A stretch of 64,000 bases of DNA from contig NC_087246.1 of the NCBI RefSeq assembly GCF_037042905.1, positions 8,124,001-8,188,000 of the forward strand, read 5' to 3'. The notes beneath the pieces were generated by a model that saw nothing but the letters and a program-made list of their open reading frames with translations, was not told the DNA's origin and did no database searches. The stretch's first letter is position 1. Each line of letters opens with the position of its first letter. A program made the position numbers and the translations under genes. The DNA is from Lytechinus pictus (taxonomy: Eukaryota). Below are positions 39,101 through 53,500 of this stretch, piece after piece.

Positions 39101-39697
39101 AAGTGTTCGCTGTTTATTGCATGGCAAGTATTCTGTTGGATGCAGTTTTAATCTAGTTTGGGTACTCCAAAGCCTTCCAAGTGTAATGATGGTCATTATA
39201 TGAAACCCTTTCCAAATTCATTTTAGACCAGTGCAATCAGATACTTTGTTAAGTTCTGTTAATATGGCATCACTCCTTATTCAGATTTTTTGCTCTGGAA
39301 ACTCAGTAGTACCTTTTTTAAGCCAGTAGGGTGCTTCAAGACTCAGTTTAGTAACCAAGTAATTCATCCCTCATATTTCCCCATTTCTGTGTATTTGTTA
39401 CATCAGATTGTCTCTGTTCTCAGCTTTATGTCTGGATGCTACTAGCATGGCAAGCAGAATAACATACTTGCTTTTCCCATCTCATGAATCTTGGACAGTT
39501 TGTCATAAAGTCCAGTCATTCCAAAGAGAAGCTTATGGTTAATTCCTTTCTTGAGTTTCACTCTGCCTCCTCCATCACTTTGATGGTCCCCATCGCAGTG
39601 ATGACTTGCTTCTTTGGAATCTCAGCCATGTGAAATTGAGCAAAAGCTTTTTCCTTCTTGTCAGTTCAAGTCTTTTCATATCCCTGATACACGAATT

Positions 39698-42222
39698 TCA
39701 CCCCGTCTCCTCTACCTCCTCGATGCTTGGCATTATGCTGATGACTCTCTTGCTTGGAACCTTGGCCATGTTAAGCTGGGCAGCAGTGCGATTAGACTTT
39801 GGGCACTTCTTCTTTCCCATTTCCTTCCTAAGAGCTCTCTTTTTATCCTTCTTAGCTTGCTTTTTCAGCTTACCATCCAAGTTCTTGATCTCATCTGAGA
39901 CATAGAGCATCGCTTTACAATACTCTGCATGTTCCTTGACCAGTCTTGACAATCGCTTCTCAAGAGTGTTGCCCTTGTAAGTTATGCCATCAACAGATGT
40001 GTGGAGGAATGGATGCTTTACTGCCAGTGGGATGTTAGGTCCGAGAGCAGACAGGCGATCAGAGAGAAAGGATGATTTGTTGATGAGCATCTGGGTGGTG
40101 GAAACAGCCCGAGCAAAGTCTGTCAATACTTTTGAGGGAATGCACTTGGATGCCACTTCTTGAAACTCTTTGAAGTAGTCATTTGTTGCAGCAAATTTCT
40201 AGAAGAGAGAAAGAGAATATTTTTTTGCATGACCAAGTTTTTATTCAGTAGTCGTGCAATTTGACAAGAGATAAAATATTTTAATTGATTGGATATTTGT
40301 TTTCTCTTTCTTCTAGGATATATACAATTTCATAACTTGTTATGAGGTTTTGTGTCTATTAAATTTACAATTCAGCAACGTCAAAAGTTGTAGAATATCA
40401 TATCTTAAAAGCTATGATGAAAATGTTTTATTTAAATTCACCAGAAATTCTATGAATATGAAAATACAACATGTTTTTAATGAAAATCATAATTATCAAA
40501 CTTACTTTTGGAAAAGACATCCCTTCTAATGCTTCATCAGACCTCTGCAACACTTCATCAACAAGGGTAACTTGTCGACGTAAGTCTTTGATGATCTCCT
40601 TCATCCTTTTCCTGATGGGCTTGGTGATCTTCTCCTTATACTCTGCTTTCGTCATTTTGCAGTCTTTGGGTGTGGAGAACGGCTTGTTTCCAACAACCTT
40701 CCACAGGTCCAGGCTGGAGATGATGCCATCGTAAAGAGCATGACTTGATGTCATTGAACGAAGGAGAAGAGAGCATGCCCTAGAACTCTCATTGCAGTCA
40801 TTTTCTGCATGACTGGATCCACATGCCCCTTTGCATCGGGTGTGGATGTCTTTGAACTTAGAGCAATTGGGTAAGTGTCCCATGGCTGCTGAAACAGTTT
40901 TTGACAGCTCTTGGCACTTTTCTGATAAGCTCTTGTTGGCGCACTCTTCTGCAGTAGAACAAGTGGTGGCCTTCTCTTCCCAGCAATGCCTTCTTAGTCC
41001 ATTGCTTGATGATTTGGGCTCTGGAATTACTTGTTCAGATTGATCAGAGAGCGAGAATGAACTCCCACTGGTCTCAACAAAGACTTGAACGACTTTTGAT
41101 GTATGGTGGCGAAATGTCCGTCTGAATGACTTCAGGAAGCAAAGCTTAGGAGCCTTGAAGAATCCAGCACAACAGAGTGAAGTCGCAACAGGTTCCTCTT
41201 GCTCACTGGGCAGGATAGAGGCTTGAATAGTCTATCAAAATATAAGGAGGCAATCAAGAATAAAATAATAAGATGACAGTATAGACATACATCTTGTAGA
41301 CAACCTCTAAAAATGATAAATGAGCTTGGGGAAAAATATCTTAAAACAAGCCATTTTAATAGAAAACCTGTAACGTATTACTGTTTGATAAGTAACAAAA
41401 TCCATGAATATTATCTTAAGATTACTTAAAAGACAATCAAGTTTAACAGTTTTACACCTTAGTTTGTTGAGAGAAACATGAAGGGGATGTACATTTGTTT
41501 AAATGGGTTTGTATAGGCATGCATTTGTGTTGTAGTAGGTGTGTGAGACGATGGCGATATCCTTTGAATTTCATTCAGCAACTTACCTGAAATAATAATT
41601 ATTTCCTTATTTTTATAATACAACATGTAATTATGATTTTAACTTGCATTTAAGATGAAGAATATATAAATATATATTGGTAACAGGGGCCGTAGAATCG
41701 GGGGGGGGGCATCGGCTTCAGCCTATCACACTTTATTTTCAACATGAACAAAAAAATAAAAAATACCATCTGATTGTGATTTTCTATATGGTCAGCCCCT
41801 AACTCCTTAAAAAGGGTTAAAAGTGCCACTGCAATAGAGAATTTCATCCACAGAAGATATAAAAATATATCAGCAGGGTAGCAAAGTTCGTGCTAGAAAT
41901 AAAACAACTTTATTAATACATAGTTTCATAAAAAAAAAAAAATCTTAGATAAATCCTACGGAAAAGAAAGTTATTATGATATTACCACTAAATATATAGC
42001 GTAGCCACAGGCCTATCTATGCACAATGTAAAAGAAAGCATCAACGTCGTTTAGATCTATATTAAGGATACCGGAACTGGATCTAAATTTATAGATGATG
42101 CCAGCGTATTTCCTATTCAAATTGTGATACAGAGGAAATTGTCAAATGATTTAATTTTTTCATTTGAAAAAAAATATATAGAAGGAACAAGCAAAACTCA
42201 GTAAACTCACCAACTTTACCAT
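39698..42222 (-). CDS. Unrecognised protein, about 412 aa: Cys-rich N-half, predicted helical C-half, Lys-rich tail
   Basis: complement(join(39698-40198,40506-41231,42211-42222)). Two long open exons have canonical splice sites in phase 0. The first mini-exon MVKL|GTGAGT (or ATG|GTAAAG) is less certain. TATAAA lies upstream at 42288-42283. Confidence 0.7.
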
Positions 42223-42282
42223 GATTTCACGTTTTTGAAGAAAGTCCAAAAACAGAAGATTCGAGAAAACGTCTTTGATATA

Positions 42283-42570
42283 TTTATAAGCAACGTCAAT
42301 GAGATAAAGTGCATATAATCACAAGTAAACAAAGTGACCTTAATTCTTTGTTTACATAATCATCATTCGCTTCACAAAAGTGCGCACGACGTGACGTCAT
42401 TAAACTTCGGTCCAATAAACGCGTCTGTCTTTCGTCAGAACCTCAAGATGTTGAATTTTCAACCAATCGTTTTCTGCGTTATGAAAAGGATGCGTAAGCT
42501 CACACTCGTTCATTGTGACGAAGGCAGTTTCTACAAGGTCAACAACCAAACTTGTTCGTTACGTCACAAA
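42283..42570 (-). promoter_or_regulatory. Candidate promoter of the unrecognised gene: TATA box plus CRE/ATF and CCAAT motifs
   Basis: TATAAA at 42288-42283; perfect TGACGTCA at 42392-42399; further ACGTCA half-sites near 42293 and 42561; CCAAT near 42412 and 42463. Confidence 0.5.
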
Positions 42571-44383
42571 TCTTGGAATTTTCTGTTTTTCATAATCGGT
42601 TAAATTATTTGTTCATCAAGGATTTTATTTTGATGATTCGATTTCCCCCCTTTTGAGGGTTTTCGAATTCAGCGGGAAGGAGGAAACAAGGACGTGGAAC
42701 GTATATTTTCTTTTAAGATCAGATTACATTCTGCCTGAAGTAGCTGTGTATTTCGAGGTAAGACGAGCAACACCCTTTTAAGGGGATTTTTTTATAGTTA
42801 GAATATGAAATGTATAGTCTATTCATACAAGCTATGTATCGCGGAAAAAGAGGGAAAGGGATAATCCATGGCCACGTACCCTGAGGGTACTGTATGGTTA
42901 GAAGCCAAATGGGGCCAAATGCCCCCTTTAATGTGCCTCTGATTCGGTGAACAGAGTACATGTATTCTCTTTGTTCTACGACGTGGCCATCAGGGGTTAT
43001 AAAAATATAACATTACAAAAAATGAAAGGAAACAACCATCATTTACATTTTTTCCAGGCTTAAATTCACTCAGTGAACATTTGACATAAAAAATATCATT
43101 AGTGGGGCAAAAAAGTAAGAGGGCATGCCACCCCGTGAGATACCAAATGCCGTGTTTTTTTTTTAGACCTAATTTACCCAATTCTATCTTCTCAGTCTTC
43201 AGCGGCGGAAAAATGGGAAATGAAGAAAAAAAAGGAGGACATTAAATATTCCATGATACATAACAATTAAATTATTAAGAGAATCAATCAACTTGAGGGA
43301 CCAAAATGCATATTTTATATATAAAACAAATAATTCACAGGGGCACATTTCGTTTTGAAACAGGGAATTTGGCTTGGAATTTTTGGAAAGGCAAATTATA
43401 TGTGTCCCTAGGTTCCATCGCCCTGGGCGGCCCAGCAACAGTAAAACTGCAAGAAGAAAGTGGAGAAAATTAATGGAAAATAGGGAGAAATAGAAAAGTG
43501 GGGAGATCGAGGAAGATAGGGACGAGAAGAAGAAAATTAGAATTAAAAGAAGAGAGGAATTAAGAGCCTAAAAAGTATTGATAACCTAATGAAATTTAAA
43601 AGAAAATGTCGTCTTTGGCTTTCTTACTTGATTTCGTTACGATGATCTCAAACTTTTTGTACATTGCTCATTTCATGTATCATGTTGCTCATTTAATTTT
43701 TCTACCGCTCTAGCTGTAGGCCACTATCATTATTTTTATTATGTAATTGACTATTATTGAATGCTTTCATTCGAGGGGACCGTCACGATTTACAATGGAC
43801 CTCTCCATTTTCAACATTGATGATATTTTCAGCTACAAATATTTAATGATCCATGTAAGTTTTATACGTATAATTAAGACACAACGTTATACAATCATGT
43901 TCATTTATTATACTTCACTTGTTTATTGTATTTCTAGTGGATTTTTTTATAATGTTCTGTTAGAAATGACAAATTTTAAACTGAAACTGAAACTTACTGA
44001 GGATTTTATTGAAGAAATCATCATTTCTGATAAGCACTTAATTGCCCCACGTACCTACACTATTTATTGGGGAAAGACAGATTTCTCTTGTATGATTTTC
44101 AAGTATATGTTTATTGCGCTGGACCTAACTGGACAAACAAAATGATGAAAAAGGAGAAAAGAAAAATAAGATATATAGAAATGTCAAACGGAAAATCTGG
44201 GTCTTAAATCCTCGATCATGATATTCAAGCCAGAAAAATATTACTTACGTACCTTGAGAAAACTATTCAAACGATAAATATATATCCATTCGGTCGTCTT
44301 TCCCTGAGCTGTCTTACCCGACCCCCGCACCCCTCCTATCGAGTAAACAGCCTTGCCATATGAGCCAATCCCACCCACTATAC

Positions 44384-44594
44384 CAGGGGCGGATCCAGGA
44401 TTTTCCAAGGGGGGGGGGCACATTTTCCCGATAAAAATTTGACAAGTAAAAAAAAAATGTTCTCACTTTCAAAAGAGGGGGGGGGCACACTTTAGTAAAA
44501 ATTGTATATTTACATTACAAATTTTGATTATGGCTCTCAAGGGGGGGGGGGGGGGTAGCACGGGCTGGCTGTGCCCCCCCTGGATCCGCCCCTG
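44384..44594. mobile_element. hAT-like MITE
   Basis: TIR CAGGGGCGGATCCAGG / CCTGGATCCGCCCCTG; 8-bp flanks CACTATAC and CCCTATAC (7/8 match). Confidence 0.8.
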
Positions 44595-46082
44595 CCCTAT
44601 ACCACATAACTTGCCAAGATTGTAGAATTATGTGCAAGTGAGAGATATTACCCGTTGTCTGGTGTTATCATTTTGAGTATGTGGTCATTATTACAATCAG
44701 CAAATAAAAAGAGCCAAGGGGCGTGAAAACTTGCAGGCATCTTTCATTTTACATATATGGCGCAGGGCCCCCTTGATCCCCCTCTTTTCTTTTTTATAAA
44801 TTCATTCTCTTCTATCTCTCTCTCTCTATTTCTTATCCTCTTTCACCCTCTCTTAATTTGACACTCTCCCCTTCCTCTCTCCTTTCCTTTAAGAATATAT
44901 CAATACACAGGTATTGATATTTCAAAGTGTAATAAAAAAATCTTTAGAAAAAAAATTGAATAAGGCAAATAAGATAAGCATAATAAGTTGCATTATACAC
45001 ATTTTTGTATCCTTAGGACTGTGATAATAAGCAAAATGCATACAAATCAATAAATACTATTATCAATATTTTATTATATGATTATGTGAATTCATTAACT
45101 TCGTAAGACATACTATTATACAAGTCTTTCCAATGGCCTTGCATTAAAATTTAGTATAAAAGACATTTATAAAAATAAGCAATGATTTACAACATAATAG
45201 TAAGAGACATCTTTACCAACAAAGTACAGTACAAAAATAATGCTAAATAGTATCCTAGACGTGTAACTGGGTTGTTTGCAATGATACATGGTTGGATATT
45301 ATCAAACATAATATAAGTCAGAGAGAAAACAAATTAAAAACAAGATAATGAGTTTAAAAGCTGCAGTCAGTAAAATTTGTATGACTGTGCAAGTTCATTC
45401 ATACCCTCCTTTGACTGGAGTCAACAATCAATATTTGCATTGATATATTCAGCCTACACATAATCATAATACTATTATATATCATCCTTTATAATAATAA
45501 ACCATTCATGCCATCAATAAATCAAGAATTAATGTAAGTTTAGACAGAGCAAAATAGAAAAACTGAAATCAACTTTGCAAATTGCCCATTTGAGTTTAGT
45601 TGATCACTTCAAATAAAAAAAAAAGAATCATTTTCAATTCGACTTGACTACAAGTTTCAATAACAATTGCATATTTAGTTCATTGCTCTCATAAAAGCAA
45701 ACCAATATTGACAATGCAAATTCTATAACTCAACAATAAAAAAAAAATCATGACTATTTTAATGAACCAGCCATTTTTATTGCGCATCAGATAGCCAATG
45801 GGATATATTATTTTTTTTAGATATCATACACATTTTGAAAATAAATTCATGTAATTTATACATGTATACTATGCTGAAAAACACGTCACTTAAAAATAAA
45901 CTAAATAGATAAACAAAATAACATGTACAGATACAAGCTGAGAACGATTTGAAAAAGGGTAATAAAAAAGAAGAATATTCATGAACATGAAATCATTCAC
46001 GAATATGCATACATATTGACAATAGGTAATTCTTGCACACTGAATGGGATACTTCCTAAAATGGTAGTGACGTAAATGAATA

Positions 46083-46088
<6 letters not shown>

Positions 46089-46123
<35 letters not shown>
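46089..46123. repeat. (TA)n microsatellite
   Basis: Direct reading; another one lies at about 59597-59627. Confidence 0.9.
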
Positions 46124-46125
<2 letters not shown>

Positions 46126-47517
46126 TTTAATATAATTTCTTCATACACAAAATATAGAGAATTCTTTTATCATGTTACATGTATTGACTACAGTTCAATC
46201 ATGAAATATTCAAGAGTCAATAAGTCGAGTTGAAAGAAAGACTTGTGGGTTATAGGAATTTTACATTTCTTTTTTTCCCCATGCTACTTTGGGACTGTAG
46301 CAGGGAAAGCATTTTGGGGATTAAGTATGTCACAGTTTGCAATAACAATATTCTATGTTTCTCCGCTTGCTTTTTGAAATGCAAAATAAATAATAATAAT
46401 AGTAGAAGAGTTGTAACATTTCATGACATGAAGGAGCAATTGCACCAAATCTAATTCAACATGTATCGCTACACATGGAGGGAAAGTAAAAATAATTTGA
46501 ATTTCAGAGGTTTACCTCAAAACTCAGTATGATATTGCACTCTCACTTGGCTCTTGTTTTAAATTTGGAAGTATATATTAGGGGCCAGTGTGCATATATA
46601 GGCAATGGGGTCCAGCCCCTCATCCCAATTTTTTCTAAATAAACCTAAACTAAAAATGTGCAAATTACTGATTGTGATTTTCTATATGGTCAGCCACCAA
46701 CTTTTGACTTAGCCCCACCCCCCATTTTTAAATTTTTTTAAAATTCCGTGGGGCCCCTTAATATATAAAATACATAAAAGATACATAGCCAAACATGTTT
46801 TGAACTCTTTCAAATCATCACAAGGGATTTTTGTAGGTACAAAGGAGCTCTGGAATACTGATGCTGGCCTGTATTCTGAACTCAGGTTTAAGTTAAACTC
46901 TGGTCTAATGTCATGGTTCAACTGTTGATAAGCCAATTGTGACAGGTATCTTTAACATTACAAGTTCATTTTATCAACTCATTTAACACTCAAATCATTC
47001 ATAACTGACAGGGAATAATTACTGAAGCAGTTCTCTTAATTATTAACACATGAGTACAGAGTCAAGTAAAGATAGGAAACACAATATATAAATGCAATTT
47101 TGAAATTTTTTGCTTCCCATAATTTTAACACAGAGTTAGAACATGGCCTAAGAATACGGGCTGCTGAGATTAAAACAAAATGTAATTTCAAATTAAAAAC
47201 CAAGCAGCAAAATATCCTCTGTTTAAGCATTGTTTATTGCAGTTTGATATCAGTGATGTGGAACTCAGAGGAGCACTGATATAAAAATTACATTCAATTT
47301 CAAGTTAATTCTAGGTCCCATGATAAATCATAAGTCTTGCGATCACTTTACAAATTTACAATTAATGCTTTCCTATTTTTAGAGGCAAGCAAACATTAAA
47401 TCTGTGATCTAGCAATGGCAAAGATTGCAATTGAAGACAAACTTCCCAATCGATCACAAAGTTTGCCATCAATTACATTTCTTGCACTACCTAAGGCTAG
47501 ATGGGTATTGATAGTAT

Positions 47518-50500
47518 TCATGGTTCAACCTGATTCTGGGCATTGGCCTGGGCGTCAGTGAGCTCTTTAGCAATGCGATCCACCTCCATCTTGAAATCAC
47601 CTGTTGAGGTGGACAGTAGACCCAGAATACTATCAAGCTTGGTCAGATCAGGTCGGCTTCTGCTGAACTTGAACTGCATGGGTTGGATACCATCAGCATT
47701 CAAAGCACTGACCATCTGACCAACAGCATGCTGGCTGAACAGGAAGGAGATGAAGACTAGTTTGGCATCAGCGTAAACCTCCTCCCGGTATTTCTTGAAC
47801 AGTGGTAGGAAGCTGAAAGTAAACAAAAATGGAGACATTAAACAAAGTGAAGAAGCAAATGATGATGATGGTGGCGATGACGACGAAACACAATGACAAC
47901 AGTGAAAAAAAATATAATTGGAAGCAAGGAATTATTTTAAGTACTTGACACTAACTTTATTTGTATAGGCGTATGCGTTAAACAAAATATACTTTTTAAA
48001 AGATGCCTTTATGTTCATCTCAATATATAGATGCATTTCATGTTTATACGGGTTGATCTGAGAAAGAGAATATAGTGTTGTACATGTAAGTGATTTCTAA
48101 TGTCTAATCGTTACAACTACAGAAGAAAGTCTTTGCTATCTATTTTATTACTATAAACTGTAAAAACTGTTGAATTAAGATAATCATAATTCTGGTATTT
48201 ACCGATAACCATTGTTCTCCCCATTTTCCTCCTCATCTGTCACAACTACAAATGTCTTGATTACTTCCTTGCGTTCATAGTAAGGCCAAAGGCTGGCTGC
48301 AGGGGCTGTCATACCATCAGTCTTCAGAGTAGATGCCATCTCCAACACCTAGAAGAGAATAATCGTGACTTTCAAAATTCTTGGCCTTCAAGATTAGATT
48401 TGATATACAATGAATAAGACATAGGAAAGATTTGGACCAAAGAATGATGCTAAGTACTGACTCTTTCTCAATAAAACATGCATGACACATCAGCAGAAAA
48501 CATTACAAAATTCAACTATATGTACCATTATAAGTCCTCCTGGTCCAGCATCAATATCGACTTTGTATGTGTCAGACAAAAATGGAAGATTTTAATTTGG
48601 TAAGAACTTGAAGGTTTCACCTACCTCAGTTATAGTCTTTGGGATCTTTTCAGGCACATAGTCTTTATTTGAGAAGAAGGAGAGTTTAGCATCTGTGATG
48701 GCAGTTAGCAGACCTGCTACAATAGTACTGGTCTTGATGGCAACCTCCATGGAAGGTGAGCGATCACCAAGTATAGCGACAGGTGCCTCCAGAGAAAGCC
48801 TGAGATAAAATTAAAAGAGGCAATTTTCAGGTAAATTCATATTCTACAACCCTGTATGAGCCAATCTTTCAGTACCAGTTTTCATTTTTTCCAATTTCCA
48901 ACAAACATATACAATTCATACGATTCCAATAAATTTAACAATTACAGTAAAACAATGCATGCAATATAAAAAGAAACCCAAAATCTTAATGATCTGATGG
49001 AGACATTATGGTAATCGATTGTTTGCTGTGACTCATAACCCCCCCTCCCCCCCAAAAAAAATCTATATATATATATTTAAAAAAAATGTAGTTTCACCAC
49101 TGAAATACAGCTACAAAATCCCTCTGCAGCATTTTTCTTACATAAAGATAAACAATTTCCAAGATGTTAGGCATCTGAGTAATTTTTTTAACAATTCAGC
49201 AGATACTTACAGTACTAACTAGTTCCACATCAATGGGCCTGGAGACTAGTTTGATCATGGAGGTAGAAACTACCTCCATGGTTTGATTTAAGTGATAATA
49301 GAAATGTTATAATAATGAACAATGACCCCTAGATTTTAAATAATTCAATCAAAGTCCAGAAATATATTAATGCAGAGCTAGTGTCTTATTCTGTCTACTT
49401 GAGACATATCATAATCTAAAAGTTATAAAAAAGAATTAAGAAGTAAACTCACTTCATAGATTTGAGCCTCTTTGCAGCCTCTGGGATGAGAGACTCAAGG
49501 ACACTGGCACCAATATTTCTGGTCTTCATTAAGAGTAACCTCTCCATCAACTTCCCTGTAGGAAGACTCACCACCTCACCATCACAGATACGACGGCAAA
49601 TCACCTCATCCACCTTAGGGCAATGCAGATCCTCATAGAACCTGGAAAGATAAATTAAATTGAGGTCATTAGATTTAGATCCTAATCCTTCACCCCACTC
49701 ATAGTGTTACAGATTTCAAAAGGTATATTTAGATATCCTTACTTCTAACTATGGCTTTATTTTAAGAGAACAGGTAAAAGTTCTTAAGGTTAATAGTCAT
49801 GTAGTGTTGACTGCTTGACTGTTGGTTTGACAAAATGCCTTTTCAAAGTGTAGAGATTCAAATTTTCATGTAGTCATCTCATGACATCCTTGTCCAGTTA
49901 TGACAGGTAAGACACACTGATGTAACAGAGCTGAGCAGAGTTCAGAGAGAGAATCAATAGTTCCCAACGCTACAGATGAATCAACTGGGGTGTTTTGTGA
50001 AGAGAACACAGTTAACCAGCATCAGCTCTCTTTGGCCCAATGCCATGGATAACTGGTGTTTTGCAACAAATGGAAAGTACTAATTTACAAAAATATTGTT
50101 GAGTTTAGTTGCCTTACTTTGTGAAGCACTGTCTGAAGATTTTATAGTGACAGCGGTGGGATATGGACCTTTGGATCATGTTTTTTTATTGTGTCATAAA
50201 ACTAAAAAATATAATAGCTGAATCACAGCACTTACCATAGCAGGGTGTCAACTTTCTCCTCATAGGATGCAATACGTCCCTTGCTCTCCTCTGTAAGATT
50301 GCTGGTGAATTGCTTGATGTGGCTGTATGGAACATCATTGCCCTTTACAAGTTCATTGATATTTTCAGCATTCATACCAGCACACTTAGCAACCAAGCTT
50401 TCACTTGGTGCTGGCTCACCAAAACAATATGACAGGAACCATGGCTTCTCAGGAAAGTCCTACAATATAAACATATGTAAGGAACAGGAATTATTCAAGA

Positions 50501-53500
50501 ATGAGTTGATTGATTAATGTTTCTCCAAGTTGCATCATTTATGAAATTAACAATTTTATCACTCAATTTTCCAAATACTGCTCAAGAAATCACACAAGAA
50601 AAAAATGTGTTGCCCAATATCTGAATATGATTTGGCATGTTTCGTACATAATAGATATTGCAATAGTAACTAGTATTTTGGGGTAATGTTTCACAATATT
50701 TAAGAACAACTAAATGTAATGCACATAGGAACCAACTCACATGTACAAGTGGTCTCATTGTGATTAAATCCCCTGTGTATAATCTTACAAATGCAGTGAT
50801 ATACCACATGCAATAGGGAAAGTACAAGTTATTTCTAGTCCAATTTAATCTTGTATTTTGGTGTTTATTCAAAGCTTGTAACAATAAGAAAAATAAGGAA
50901 AATTGATGTTACCTTTTTGGGATGAAGATGGCATATATCAGCCAGAGTTTTCCATGGTTCTTTAGGATAGTGGAGGGCATAGAATTCCAGTTGAGCACCA
51001 GAAAGACTTCGTACCCAATGCCGGATATGGCGGCTCAGAGCTCCACTCACAGAACCAACCTGTCAAACAAACACAACAAAAAATGAAAATAAGAATATAT
51101 AGCATTTCTGAGGTGCCTATTCAATGACACACTATACATCTATAGCTCCAGCTGCTAAAGCTAGTTATTTGAATATAGTGGAACATCTCTCCCATGCCAT
51201 TCATTGCAAAACTGTAAAAATGTGTTCTTAAAAAAGCAAAGGAATACATATTCTTAAATTTTAGCACTTTTTTTTGTTTAAAAAAAAATAATTATGAAAG
51301 CATACATATGTACAGTGGTGCTCAAAAGAACCTCACCAGAAAATGAACATATTTAAAGTGTTCAAGTTCTCCCATGCTTTTTATTGTGAAGTCAGGTGAT
51401 AAAATATTGCAGTTAATAAAGTTTGTTTCTTTGGACTCGCAAAACATTGTCATGAAGTTGTAAACATTCAACCCTTAAAATGAATGAGTGCATTTTGTTG
51501 CAGGGTTCACTAACTTTTGAGCACAACTGTATGTTAATATATGATATATGTAAACTTGTGTTGCCCAGAGACCAATGAAAAGACGATCTTAATTAAAAAT
51601 ACACTGTAAATACGCACATATTTCAAATTTATGACATAATATGATTTACCTTTGGCTTGTTGGCATTCAGGTTGTCAATATCTGATTTGACCTTTGACAT
51701 TTTCTTTGGGTTGACCTTGACCCTCTCCTGTATGTGGACCTGAAGCTGCCTGAGGCGACGTTCTTTCTCTCGGATACGACGCCCTGAATCCAGGAGAGTA
51801 AGCGCCTTTAGAATCTCTGCCATTGTGAAGGTTTCAGAGTCCTTCAGAAAGGTTTCTGCTAAGGTATGGTCCTTCCTGGCCCATGCTACAGCCAATGCAC
51901 GAACTTTGATACCTTTATAAATGAAACAATACCACATATGATAAACATGATCTTTTATCCAAAAAAAAGGAAGAAGGTAGAACTTGATCACAAGTAATTC
52001 AGAGCTGCCAAACTTTGGAAGAACAAAATAAGATCTGATGTTGTTTGAAGGTTTGCATGGTGGCATGTACAATCGCTGATGTGGTTTACGGTACACCATG
52101 TGGAGTGTTATAGAAACAGTGGATAGAAGAAGAGAAGAAATGGATAGGCGAGAAAGTGGAGATTTGAGAGTAGAGTATTCTTCTATCCACTGTTTCTATA
52201 ACACTCCACATGGTGTACCATAAACCACATCAGCGAAAATAAGATCTGTACCTCAAAAAATTGTATTTCCTTGAACCAATGACTTCTATGACTATAGCAG
52301 ATTCTAGATCAATACAGTGCTTGTGTAAATGTCTACTCCTATGAAAGTAGCTTGTTTGCCCCTCTTTCATTCTTTGTAGATACCCTTTCACACTTTTCAA
52401 TTCTTGTCATATTTTTGTAAATGTAGGAAGGTTCATTGTTGCAATTTAGGTTTCTTCTGTTAATTTCAAATCAATTTGGTATGTTGTTCAATTTGGCATG
52501 ACAGTTGTGTTCCTATTCATCTCATCAGTTACTGTCCTTCTTTTGTCATCTTTATCCCTTTTTTTTCAAATGTGCTCATTCATTTCATCCTCAAATCTGG
52601 TTCTTCTATTGAACATTATTCATTACATAATCACCAAGGTAATTTACCCATCCTCATCCTAGCTCTTTCATTGGTTATTTTTTATAAATTGGGTTGTTAT
52701 ATTTTAGTTTGGTTGGTATATTTTTTCAAAGTTAACTGGTGAATTTTAGGATAAATTTCAGAATGTTTTGTTTCCATGGACACTTTTATGTTGTAGGAAA
52801 GGCTGGCGAAGTGTTTCAATAAACACACACACAGATAGAGAAACTATTCAGATACTCTTCCTCGTCTCTGTTACGTTATGTTCCTACATCGCGGTGATTT
52901 GTTGAACTTATATTATTTATCCATTGTAAAATATACCTCCTTATATATCTCTTTATAGTAACAAATACAATTATTTTTCGCAATAATTAGCAGTGCTGGA
53001 GATTTTGATGCTGATGATTATAATTATGATGACGATGATGAGATTAATTGTCAGCAAAGTTTTCATTATATTGAAATAATGAAAAAAAAAATTATTATCA
53101 GTAATAATAATTTACCTTGCGAGATGTTGACACCATTAGCAAGAAGAACCTTCATGGTTGCAAGATAAACATTCCTGTAATTTTCCTGAGCAGTCAAGTG
53201 CTGTTCATAGGTCACTTTGGAGGATGTGAAGAGCAGTTCAGGGCGTTTCTCCTGTTACAAACAAAGTGAAATGTGATAAATATTCTTTTAAAAAAAATCA
53301 CTTCACTTAAACTAACATTCTTTTATGCTAGTTATAAATCAGACTACATTTAAGCATTTCTGTCTTTAGAACATGTGTAGTAGCAATTGTTTGGTGCCAA
53401 CTGAATATAATATTTTAGTCTTAATAATCCTAAAACTAGGAATGGTATACTCTATCAGAATTATACAAACATATGATCTTCATGATGATCTATTTCAAAC

